The notes under the pieces were generated by a model. The model saw only the letters and a list, made by a program, of their open reading frames with translations, was not told the origin of the DNA and searched no databases. The position numbers were made by a program, and so were the translations under genes. 64,000 nt of DNA from Schizochytrium sp. TIO01 (lineage: Eukaryota; Protista; Bigyra: Labyrinthulomycetes), in the NCBI GenBank assembly GCA_004764695.1, contig SMSO01000032.1, positions 2,728,001-2,792,000 of the forward strand, given 5' to 3'. The stretch's first letter is position 1. Each line of letters starts with the position of its first letter. Shown here piece after piece: positions 1-10,140 of this stretch.

Positions 1-60
1 CGCGGCGAAGGCGAGCACAGGGGTGGGGCAGGAAGGAATGCGTCCGCTGCCGCGTCGGGA

Positions 61-1377
61 ATGAGAACAACCACAGGCATGAATCAGAAACGCACCTTCA
101 ATGAAAATGGGGAGAAAGGTATAGACTACATTTCGGGGAGCATGGCTGCTCTTACGATGGAGCAACAGGAACAGTACAAACTTGAGGAGATCAGGCAGCA
201 ACAGGAGTATCAGCAGTGCGACAAGGCCATTGTGAAGCTGACTGCCTTCTTGGCAGAAGGAAGCAGTGGCCGCGTGGCGCTCGCAAAATGGGCTGATGCT
301 GCGGCACAAACAGACGAGGAGTCCCTCGGCGAACCCAAATCAACACAAAGCGCATCCCTCGAGGAAGAAGAACAGAAGACTTTTGCCGGAAGTAGCGCTA
401 GCATCACATCCTTCAGCGGTGATGGCGACACTGGCTCGAGCAGTGACAAAGAGGAGGATGCGGGGCCCCATAGCGTGCTCTTCAGGAAGCGCATGCGAGA
501 GCTCCTTTCTGCATATCCGAGTGAGCTCCATGTACTTCGTCCACGCAGTGTAAATAAAGACCACGCCTTTGCACTTAAGATCATTGATCTGAAGGACCAT
601 GGATTGCTTAGCACACCACCCCAAATCCAGGTCGAAATGGACATCATGCGAAAGCTCAGCCTCTGCACCGAAAAAAATCCATTTGTCGTGGACTTTCTCT
701 TTGCCGAGACCATTGGCCCACGCGCCTATATTGGCATGGGGGTTTGCTCTGGTGGCGACTTGTTTACACTCCTCAGTTATGAAACCCTCAAACCTGCTGA
801 AGTCCTGTTTTACGCTGTTGAGATGGCCCTTGGCCTTCAGCATCTCCACGATAATTATATTATCCACGGAGATCTGAAACCTGAAAACATTGCTCTCAAC
901 TGTCATGGTCATGTTCGACTAATTGACTTTGGGCTCTCTGTACACTTGGATCCGACCAGGGACCTGAACCGGCTGAATGGTCGCTGTGAAGTCATGACAC
1001 AGTCTGGAACACTTCCTTACTGCGCTCCTGAGATTATGAATCGCCGAAAACATGGCGTCGAGACCGATTGGTGGAGCTATGCTGTCATCCTTTTTGAGAT
1101 GCTTTTTGAATGCTTGCCCTGGTACTCAGAGGATGACCAAGAAACGTGTAGCTTAATCTGTGCAGCACCTCTTGAGCCACCATCAGGTGTAAGCATCGAG
1201 CCTCGGTGCTTTGACCTCATCGAGCGTCTTCTCGTGAAAAAGCGCGAGGCCCGCTTAGGATTTGCCACAGGCCTTGAGGAAATCAAAGCGCATCGCTTCT
1301 TTAAGCGAGTAGATTGGACCAAAGCCCTTCAGCAAAAATACCGCGCTCCTTTCATTCTCGAAAGCTCCTTTGCATGA
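61..1377 (+). CDS. AGC-group (PKA/RSK/SGK-like) Ser/Thr protein kinase with atypical N-lobe
   Basis: Motifs FALK (beta3 Lys), IHGDLKPEN, DFG, GTLPYCAPE, DWWSYAVILFEM and an AGC-like 'EEIKAHRFFKRVDW' C-tail. The start codon is uncertain (ATGs at 61, 79, 142, 157). Confidence 0.9.
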   Translation: MRTTTGMNQKRTFNENGEKGIDYISGSMAALTMEQQEQYKLEEIRQQQEYQQCDKAIVKLTAFLAEGSSGRVALAKWADAAAQTDEESLGEPKSTQSASLEEEEQKTFAGSSASITSFSGDGDTGSSSDKEEDAGPHSVLFRKRMRELLSAYPSELHVLRPRSVNKDHAFALKIIDLKDHGLLSTPPQIQVEMDIMRKLSLCTEKNPFVVDFLFAETIGPRAYIGMGVCSGGDLFTLLSYETLKPAEVLFYAVEMALGLQHLHDNYIIHGDLKPENIALNCHGHVRLIDFGLSVHLDPTRDLNRLNGRCEVMTQSGTLPYCAPEIMNRRKHGVETDWWSYAVILFEMLFECLPWYSEDDQETCSLICAAPLEPPSGVSIEPRCFDLIERLLVKKREARLGFATGLEEIKAHRFFKRVDWTKALQQKYRAPFILESSFA

Positions 1378-1996
1378 ACACCACCACCACCACCACACCC
1401 GTATATTATTTTCACACTACGTTGTTTCAATTGATGTTTTCAAATAACACACATTTCTTATATGTCACCTCATTTATTGTTCTATTTTACCCTTTTCGCA
1501 TAGATGAGCGTCCGAAGGCCCTTTTTTAAAAGAATAATATTCTTCTTTTGCTTTTTTGCCACTTTTTTGTTTCGCGTCTTTTAGAAAATACTCTGAATGA
1601 ACAGGATAAGTTGACAACGAGCTCAACGTACTTCATCAGCCAGAGACTATTGCTATAAATCCTTTTTGTAAAGTTCAAACACTCATGAACTTGAATGCTG
1701 GCTGCAAACTTGCGCAAAAGAGTAAATGAAACCCGCGTTAAAATAATGTACATGTTTTCTTAATCAGTGCTATTCTCATATATCTCAAAGAAATGATCCA
1801 GCGTGGGCATGAAATAGGTACCTTCTCATCTTATCTTCTCAACTCATTAGTTTGATCAAAGGGGAAAGGCCAGGTTTTAAAAGCTTTTGGGGCGCTAGCA
1901 AGTAGGGTTTCGCTAGAAACTTGGTATTTGTCATTGCATTGACGAACACTTGTATGAGTTAATGCGCAAGACCCTTGCGATGAATTGTCATCCACT

Positions 1997-4471
1997 TTAT
2001 TGGCGACGCTTATAGAAGAGCATATAGGCTTGAGAAGCGAGTACATCCTCACGGGCTACACGATAAACAAAGACGTCATCACACTTGTACCAACACCCGT
2101 GATGTAAGATGAAACAGAAATAGTGACCACTATCAATGTTCCCTGTATGCTGAATGACACCGCATAAATCATAAATTTGAGGTGTTTCCTTGCCCTCAGG
2201 AACAAGAGCTGACAAATCGAGGTTTGTATCAGGGAAAACGATACTTTGATCCGATTTTTGAGGCATACCAGATTGTGAATTCGTCTTGAAACGTTTGATA
2301 TGAAAACACAACACGGATGGCAAGGAGTTGAAACGTAAACGCTTTGAGCATTTATCTTTCCTTGTCTTACACTTGTCACAGTCAATTGCTGCCATGAGCA
2401 TTTCAGGGGCCAAAAACTTGTCAATCATTGACTCCAGCGTAATAGGAGGTGCAAAAAAGCTCAGTCCGCGAACCAGGACTCCACCACGGGGACTTGGCAT
2501 GGGCATCTTTTTGTTGGGGCTAGACGCTTTCTCAAGGGGAATAGAAATTGACGGCACTGAAGGCTTCAGCATGACAGATTTGTGCTTCTGATGCTTTGAT
2601 GCTGGCGATTCGATAATTGAGTCGTCTTGAAGATCCTCAGGACGAGCCGTGGCTTCCTCTTGGCCATTCTCCTCATTATGCTCAACTTTGTTGTATAATT
2701 TTGGTTCTGTGTGCTTTTCTTTTCCATGCTCGTCACTAGTCATACCTTCGGTGGAGTCAAGTTGCTCCTGCGATGAATTATTACCTGACGTAGTCGAATT
2801 GTTAGACCTTACAGATTTATCTTTGCTGTCGTGAGACTCTTCTCCGGCCTCCTGGTCGGTTGGACAGTCCAACGAAATATCAAAGAACGGCTCAAATGAC
2901 TCCGAAACCTCTCCACATGCACTGCATTGAATCTGCGAGCACAGTATTCCCCCAAGCGTTTGATGCATAACACAATCGCATAATCCACGCGAGCCATCGT
3001 CGCGAATTCGAATAACGTCATTGTCTGGCTTTCCTGAAGCAGTATGAATACTGTTGACAACAAAACTAAAGAACTCGTGTGCATCTTGCTGCATGTAACC
3101 AGAGAGCCAAGGTGCATTCTGCCAAGTGCTATAAAGAAAGTGATTCAGCATAATAGGTTGGGTTGTCGACGTTCCGCAGTACATATCCTTGATCATGAGC
3201 TCCAGCTCACACCCAATACAGCCTAGTGCAATTTTCGGATCTAAAGATGCAGGTAATGCGGAAGAAGAAGTCTTTGAGTGGATAGAAGTGTTCAAGCACA
3301 GCTTGGGATCAGCAATATCAGCATACGTACTCCACGGGCGCAGCCAATTGATCCCATAACGAGCCAAAAAACTGCCATCGCGCTCTTGAGCCCATGAGCG
3401 AAGAAGGTTTACAGGTTTTTTTCGCCTCTTTCGTTTCAGTGATGCAGCTTTTGAAGATTTACCGTTTGTTTTTACTTCTACACTAGAATCCTCTGCCTCA
3501 TTGGCCCCCACGCTCATATGCTTTAGATACTCCTCGTGTCCACGATCGAGCAGAGCATGTAGTGATGTATTAAGAGTGTGGCATTCGGGACTTCCGCGCA
3601 CAGCTCCAGCCACACTACAGATATCGTTATGCTCTGAGGAAAGAAAATAATCTCGAATGCTGGTCTGCTGCGCTAAGACCTGGAGAGTCGAGTTCATATA
3701 GCAAGTATTTCCGAGGTTGCACATTCCACGGAGACCAATGCCGGGCTCGAGAACGGCATATCGCCCTCTGTTCCCAGAGCTCAAAATTGCATGACAGCGC
3801 GCTGCATCGAACTCGGGGTGGTATACAAAGTCGTTGCATGCCACACAAAAAACCTGAAGTAAGTCTACATGCACACACAACATCTGTTTAATAGGGCACT
3901 CATCGCAACGGAGGTCGGATCCGTCTGAAGTCTCGGAAAGCATCCTTCCACAGCGTAAGCACATAAGTTTTTCCTCTACATCGATCTTTGGGTACATTTG
4001 CGGAAATCTATCCCTGTTTTCCTCTGGTTGTTTGAGTGATTCGGAGTTCCCATTTCTGGCTTCATCGGATTGTAACATACTGCTCACAGGATCATTCCCC
4101 TTGTTGCTCGAGGACTCGTTTGAAGACGTTTCCCAATAGATATTTTCATCTATCGCTTGGGAAGCCCCTTTGTAGCATACTGACCAGAAGGTACTCAGCT
4201 CCCCGACATCAAAACCTTCCGCCGCTGTGCGAATGTGCGAGCATATGAAGGATCCATTGTGTCCATATCGAGGAGCCTTCGAATGCTTGCTCCCGCAGCC
4301 ATTTTCACCACAATGCTCCCCTTCTTTTGATTTTGATACGGTTTTAGAGGATGATGAAGTACACGAAGCAGGTGACGGAGATTTGCTGGCCTTCTTGGTC
4401 CCAGTGTCATTCTTCGTGGCAACTTGCAGTTTTGGTTTCTTTGACTGAGATTTCTTTTTTGCAGAAGCCAT
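1997..4471 (-). CDS. Ubiquitin C-terminal hydrolase, USP22/Ubp8-like (ZnF-UBP + USP domain)
   Basis: Cys box GLRGMCNLGNTCYMNS, QQDAHEF, His box HTGNIDSGHY...WYKCDD...QAYMLFY, and an N-terminal ZnF-UBP-like 'VFCVACNDFVY'. Confidence 0.88.
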   Translation of the reverse strand: MASAKKKSQSKKPKLQVATKNDTGTKKASKSPSPASCTSSSSKTVSKSKEGEHCGENGCGSKHSKAPRYGHNGSFICSHIRTAAEGFDVGELSTFWSVCYKGASQAIDENIYWETSSNESSSNKGNDPVSSMLQSDEARNGNSESLKQPEENRDRFPQMYPKIDVEEKLMCLRCGRMLSETSDGSDLRCDECPIKQMLCVHVDLLQVFCVACNDFVYHPEFDAARCHAILSSGNRGRYAVLEPGIGLRGMCNLGNTCYMNSTLQVLAQQTSIRDYFLSSEHNDICSVAGAVRGSPECHTLNTSLHALLDRGHEEYLKHMSVGANEAEDSSVEVKTNGKSSKAASLKRKRRKKPVNLLRSWAQERDGSFLARYGINWLRPWSTYADIADPKLCLNTSIHSKTSSSALPASLDPKIALGCIGCELELMIKDMYCGTSTTQPIMLNHFLYSTWQNAPWLSGYMQQDAHEFFSFVVNSIHTASGKPDNDVIRIRDDGSRGLCDCVMHQTLGGILCSQIQCSACGEVSESFEPFFDISLDCPTDQEAGEESHDSKDKSVRSNNSTTSGNNSSQEQLDSTEGMTSDEHGKEKHTEPKLYNKVEHNEENGQEEATARPEDLQDDSIIESPASKHQKHKSVMLKPSVPSISIPLEKASSPNKKMPMPSPRGGVLVRGLSFFAPPITLESMIDKFLAPEMLMAAIDCDKCKTRKDKCSKRLRFNSLPSVLCFHIKRFKTNSQSGMPQKSDQSIVFPDTNLDLSALVPEGKETPQIYDLCGVIQHTGNIDSGHYFCFILHHGCWYKCDDVFVYRVAREDVLASQAYMLFYKRRQ

Positions 4472-5680
4472 GGTATCTAAATCCTTGAGACGTCTGCCAA
4501 TATGCTACTGAGACTTGCACAAGCCTCCCAAAATATCTTAATGTCAAAGTTTGCCTGGAATCGTAATCTTCACTACCGCAAAGTAAAGAGCCTTCAAGAT
4601 GAGCCAAAAGCGGTGACGAATGAAGGTGGATGAAAGCCGGGGTCAGTGTTCCTAACACGCTGGGAAAAGCTGCAAAACAGCGGCAAAACAGCAATGACAC
4701 TCAGGAGGCGTCAGTATGAGCCCTGTAGAGCTCTCTAGGCGCAACCAGTAGCAGCGAGTGGCTTTGTTTCCACGTCGCTTTGACAAGCGATTGCCTGATC
4801 ACTCAAAATCACCAATTGGCGAGGTTTTTTATGAAAAATTATTTTCAGAAATAAAGAAGTTTTAAAGCTTTTTTCTCAATCTTTTATTTATATATAGGCC
4901 TAAATATAATAATAGTTTCATCATTATCACCCATTAAGCGCTACATTAAATACATTAGAATTCGCAACCCAGTGATCAGTGAAGAGGAAGCTAAGGACAA
5001 CTCGATCCCAGGTGGCGATATCCGGCAAAACGAATCGCCCGAGGCTAAAAACAGACTCGCTTACGCTTAAAGAGAGACCAGAGTGGATATTGCTTCAGAA
5101 AGTGTAATTGTGATAATAAGACCGATGCGCGGACCTTTCATCAATTTGGCATGAGGGTTGCAAAAGAAATTCATTCAGGAGATCACGAGAGTACTAGTAT
5201 TTTGGGGATTATTTCGACAGAAAAGGTGAATCTAAGAAGGTGTCCAAGGAGAGGTACACGTTGCAGACGTGGTAGCTACGAGTGTAAGAAGTAAGCTTTC
5301 TGCTTTTATTTTTTTATTTCCAGCAAAACACAACATTAAAGGTAGATATACTTATGCGCGTATGTTGTTCCGCGCAGGCAACTACTATTTAAGTAATTGT
5401 ATGCAACCTGTCGCCCCACCTTGGCTAGAAATAAAGAATCCTCACGGTGCATGTTAATCACGTTAGCACTACAAAATTGAAATTATATACTTATTGCTGT
5501 TACGGGCTTCTCTAGGGCATGGGAATCCCATGAAGATAGCTTTGTTGATTTTGAAGCACATGAATTCCTCTTCGTAGCTTCTACATTTCGTGCGAAGAAA
5601 GAAACTCGATTAGCTTGCAATAACCAAGATGCTATTGATACTTTGTGCATCTTCAACCAGGATAAAGCGATGAGTAAAGC

Positions 5681-6244
5681 TTACAAAAAGTAACGCATTA
5701 CCAAAATGGCGTTTGCAATGCCAATGGCACCTCCAAGCACGACTTGGGCTACAGTATGCGCAGGCCTTGGCGTGCCGTTGACGCGTACCGTAAAGATCCC
5801 ACCATAACGTGTGCGTGAAGCTGCAGTAAGCGTAGCTATACCAAGCACAAAGATACAGGACATGGCCATGGAAAAACCTGACCTGCTGTCATCCTCAATG
5901 ATTGCGCGCAGCAACAGAGTCGCAGCAAACCATGCAGTCTGTGAATGCCCACTGGGCATGCCCGAAGTGGTGCTGATTTTGGGTTGATGGCTTGGGTAAA
6001 TACCCGTGTCCATAGCGCCCTCAGGGCGTTTGATCCAGATTGTATTCTTACCAAAAACGCGTTTACAGAGGGCCTTTGCTATGTGATTTGATACCTCGTT
6101 TGCCACGAGACCTACCAGGAAAACAGCAGCATCCCCACTTGCAAACGTCGCTGCATAGCCGGCTGCAGAAACATATAGTGTGTACGGCAGTGTCCGTACA
6201 ATGTTGCTCGGTAGTGCAGCCGCATCACTTGCTTCTGTTGACAT
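5681..6244 (-). CDS. PAP2-superfamily membrane phosphatase (dolichyldiphosphatase-like)
   Basis: PAP2 motifs K..RP, GMPSGHSQ, SR...HTVAQVVLG and hydrophobic helices. The first ATG is at 6244. Confidence 0.85.
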   Translation of the reverse strand: MSTEASDAAALPSNIVRTLPYTLYVSAAGYAATFASGDAAVFLVGLVANEVSNHIAKALCKRVFGKNTIWIKRPEGAMDTGIYPSHQPKISTTSGMPSGHSQTAWFAATLLLRAIIEDDSRSGFSMAMSCIFVLGIATLTAASRTRYGGIFTVRVNGTPRPAHTVAQVVLGGAIGIANAILVMRYFL

Positions 6245-7655
6245 TGTATGTTTAAGGATGTGCAAACTAGGCTTGAGTTGAGAGAACGCAGGGTTCAATT
6301 TTCGGGACTTCAATCCTTCCTATACGACGAAATATCTCCAAATCAATTGAGATCAACCATAAAATAGAACCTGTAGCTTTAAGGGCCAAAGAAACTACCA
6401 CCTGATTTGCACCAAAGCTTCAATAACTACGCACAATCCCCTGCAACTTCTGAGCAGCGTGATCGAAAGATCTCCAGAAAAACTAATCTGAAGCTCTCGC
6501 CGTTCACACGCAACTAAATTGCAGATAGTCTGTAGGCCACAACTTCTTCTCTAATTTCCAACAAAGAAGTTCTGCTGTGATAAAAGAATCAGTCCGTACA
6601 AGGCTTACAAGCACAGATTCCCAAGATATGTGCCGGGAGCTGTTCTGATCTAGTGAACCTCAGAGTTCCACACTGCAGCTCTTGAGTATATCAAGCTAGT
6701 TACAAGTTAACTCTGGTTCCTGAAGAGAACGTATCCTACACAGCCTCCACCACTCGAGGTGCTTAGTAAGGTCCACGCGTTTGGCTCTAGGCCTGCACTT
6801 CGTTGCGTGATGAGCGTCCTGCTTTCGTTGACAAACAAATTGGACAACAGAGAAATCACTGAAAGATCCGTAGAAGCAGAGTCTACGCCAAATAAAGCAA
6901 CAAGGTACGCTCTGATGCACCAGACCTGTAGTAAATCTCTACTCAGATGCGGGGTTTCCCCAGGGTAGTTAAATTTGTTTAGGCTCTGCAGAGGCGTGCT
7001 GCAGACGGACCTCGATTGCGTCAGGGGTCACTATTGTGGAAAGTGGATTGATTGAAAAAAGTGGCTGAATCGAAATAAGAAGTAAACCAAGAACACTAAG
7101 AGCTCTGGCAGCGGCGCGGGTCCGAAGCGAGGAGCTGCTGCAGCGCCCGCGACGGCGTGCCGTCGCTGCGAAAACTCACAGGAGGGTGTTTTGGAATGGC
7201 CTTGACGCCACTTCGAGGCTGATCGACTGTCGGAGATCTCAAGACCTTTTTTACCTTTGCCATCAACATTGACATAATTTGAGGGCCAGAAAGCACTGCG
7301 ACGGGGTTGGGAAAGTGGTGACGTACAAGGCTTGCGGGCATAAGAGTAATCGCGTGAGCTTGATTGCTGCGTAATAACCTTATTGAAGTCTTCGAGGACC
7401 TATAATTGCGAGAATAAACGAGTTGTGAAAATTTCGGGAAATTGTGGGCTAGGGGAGACGCTCAGAGTGAGAGAGGCGAGTTTGCGTGGTTCTGGACTTT
7501 TGTCTAAAACCTCTGTGCACATAAGCGCTTTAGAGTAAACAGCAGCTCTCGCAGAATAACTAGAGGCAAACACACGACAGGTACGCGGCCTTGGTATTTG
7601 TTTGACTGGGCATAGAAAGTGTACGAGTCGCTAGACCCAGGTTGGGAAAAGACTC

Positions 7656-9656
7656 ATGAAGAGAACATTTGCAGCTGCGAATGGTTTTGCAAGTGTTGGA
7701 CTACATGACCAGAGTAAAGCGTCCAGTCGCCCCAACATACCAGATCACGTAAGAGGTAAATTAGCTACGAGTGATCAAGATGCAAAATTCGAAACCAGGT
7801 GCAAGGAGAACTTGCAAAATAGGAGCCAGAACCCTGTTTTAGAAGATTGCAACCATGATAGTGATGAGTGTGGAAGCCAAGAAGAGAAAGCACGTGAGCA
7901 TCAGGATGAGCATGGCGTCGATAGAGATGACACAAAGCGACTCTCTGGTGATCATGAAAAGCATCGTCACAAGGAAACATCTCATTATAAAGACCATTCC
8001 CTTGAAGAAATTGATGATACAGCAGCTTCGAATAATAGAGACTACCATCACCATCAGAAAGTAGTCTCCCAACCACAAAGTCGTAGCCATATAGAATACC
8101 ACGATCATGGTCACAGTCATGGTCATGAGAATGAGAATGACCATGGCCACAGCCACAGCCATGACCACGACCATGACCATGACCACGACCATGACCACGA
8201 CCACGATCATGACCCCAGTCTTGTGGAGGTGGAAATCCGTCCAGGAGTTACCAAGCACGTGGTATGTGTGCGCCATAGCGTCGGAGATCATTGTACTTGC
8301 CCTAGCTGCACAAATACGGAAACAGCTAACCACCTCTTTTGGGATAAGTTGTATGCGTTCAATGCAGAGAACCACATAGACTCTGAGTATCTCCTAACCT
8401 TTCAGTCTATCGCCAGTACTCTTCTTCAGTACCTGACTTTAGATGAGCCTAAGCCTTATGAAAATATCCGTGTGCTGCTTCCTGGGTGTGGAGATTCCCA
8501 GTTTAGTTTGGAACTCTTCAAGGCGACTAACTTCAAATATCTCACAAACACCGATGTTTCACAAGTAGCCATTGATGTTCAAAATCGCCTTTTCAACGAA
8601 GACCCGCGTGTCATCAACATGGTGGATGATGCCATCAACACCCGACTTAAGCACAACACATTCGATTTTGTCATTGACAAATCACTCTTTGATTGCCTTT
8701 CATACTGCTCAGAGGACAGAGTTCCGACAGAGTCGCGTTTGTCCAAACTCCTCGCTGGGTTCTATAACATTCTCCTACCTGGTGGGCGATGCCTCGTAAT
8801 AGCAAGTGATCACAATGAACCAGCCGTTTTCTTGCCCTATATCAGTGAAATCTGGTCGCCAGTAAATGACCTTTTGATGGACCAAATTGCTAGAGGTATT
8901 GCTGCGCTTCCCAAACCATGGGAAGTCCTAGCTGTTACTTCAATTGACTTTGATCGTACCGGAGGTGCTGTTTCAAGAAACGCTCCCGTATTAAAGACAA
9001 TAAAACATCATGAGCTTGGACATGATTTATGGAACTGCGAAACCGAACTAGTGCCAGAAGATTTTCCTACCGCTCGGTTCTGGTGCTATGTTCTCCGGAA
9101 ACGTCCCGTTCATTCACCCTCATCGGTCAAACCTGCGAAACTGTTGCCACCTCCATTGCTAGGAACGTTGGATAACTCAACAGTCAATGAATCTCTGTTC
9201 CTGGAGGCTGACCCAAGTGATCACCACAGTTTGAGCAACATCATCCTCAATTGGGCTATTGAAGTTGTGCCCTCGATGCTTATCATTGAAACAACTTGTC
9301 GCGAGTGGATAAAGGAATTGCGCCTCTACTTACGCAATCCATATCGCATTCGAGAGAAGGAACGTCTTTGCGCAGAGAAGGGCTCTACCAGTGATCAAAC
9401 AGATGACGTGCCCGCTGTAATTCGGTTGCCAAGTATTCGAAAACAATTTTTCCACATCGCTCTTTGCCGCGAGGAGGCCAAATACGTGGCAGCACGTCGA
9501 CAGATCGAGATGGTTCTTCGGCGGGAGGCTTCTGCCTTAGAAATGCGATGGATTTCACAAAAGCTAGGGAGCGTGCGCGATGCACTTGATCGCGTCAATG
9601 CAATTCTTGAGGAGCTCAACAGCCTTTTACCCGCTCAGCCTGTACAGGAGTATTGA
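7656..9656 (+). CDS. Class I SAM-dependent methyltransferase (EEF1AKMT4/METTL13-like) with His/Asp-rich N-terminus and coiled-coil C-terminus
   Basis: Motifs VLLPGCGDS (motif I), NTDVSQVAI, FDFVIDKSLFD and ILLPGG, plus an (HD)n tract. Confidence 0.75.
   Translation: MKRTFAAANGFASVGLHDQSKASSRPNIPDHVRGKLATSDQDAKFETRCKENLQNRSQNPVLEDCNHDSDECGSQEEKAREHQDEHGVDRDDTKRLSGDHEKHRHKETSHYKDHSLEEIDDTAASNNRDYHHHQKVVSQPQSRSHIEYHDHGHSHGHENENDHGHSHSHDHDHDHDHDHDHDHDHDPSLVEVEIRPGVTKHVVCVRHSVGDHCTCPSCTNTETANHLFWDKLYAFNAENHIDSEYLLTFQSIASTLLQYLTLDEPKPYENIRVLLPGCGDSQFSLELFKATNFKYLTNTDVSQVAIDVQNRLFNEDPRVINMVDDAINTRLKHNTFDFVIDKSLFDCLSYCSEDRVPTESRLSKLLAGFYNILLPGGRCLVIASDHNEPAVFLPYISEIWSPVNDLLMDQIARGIAALPKPWEVLAVTSIDFDRTGGAVSRNAPVLKTIKHHELGHDLWNCETELVPEDFPTARFWCYVLRKRPVHSPSSVKPAKLLPPPLLGTLDNSTVNESLFLEADPSDHHSLSNIILNWAIEVVPSMLIIETTCREWIKELRLYLRNPYRIREKERLCAEKGSTSDQTDDVPAVIRLPSIRKQFFHIALCREEAKYVAARRQIEMVLRREASALEMRWISQKLGSVRDALDRVNAILEELNSLLPAQPVQEY
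8105..8214 (+). repeat. Coding hexanucleotide repeat (CATGAC/CACGAC)n giving poly-(His-Asp)
   Basis: Visible run catgaccacgaccatgaccatgaccacgac... Confidence 0.9.
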
Positions 9657-10140
9657 AAAGGCGGACCATAGGATCACTCTACCTTGTCTTTTTTTACTCA
9701 AGCGTTCTCATTAAGCGTATCACTAGAGATTGCTTAATGTGAAATTTGATTCCCCTCTTAGAAAATCGGCACATAAAAAACCATTAGTTTGACATACGAA
9801 ACAAACCCAACACGACTTGATGTACTCTTCTCTCTAATAACTTGCTAAATGTTCATTTGATCTCAACTTATTGCCTCAACCTGGTGACTGTTTCTTTCTC
9901 CTATGGTTTCATATTGTGAAGACTTATTATATTCCATTGTTTCTTAAGAAAACAAAGCTGAAGTGTTAGGGGAAGGAAATGCACAACAGAATATGCATTC
10001 TTTAACTACGAGAGCAAAGCCATTACAGAGTTGTTGTATAAAGCATCAAAATCTCTTTATTTATGTGAATGAAGGCTTACAATCATATGTAAACAACATG
10101 ATGATGATTGCCTATTAAATCATGACCACCAGTCATCCTC

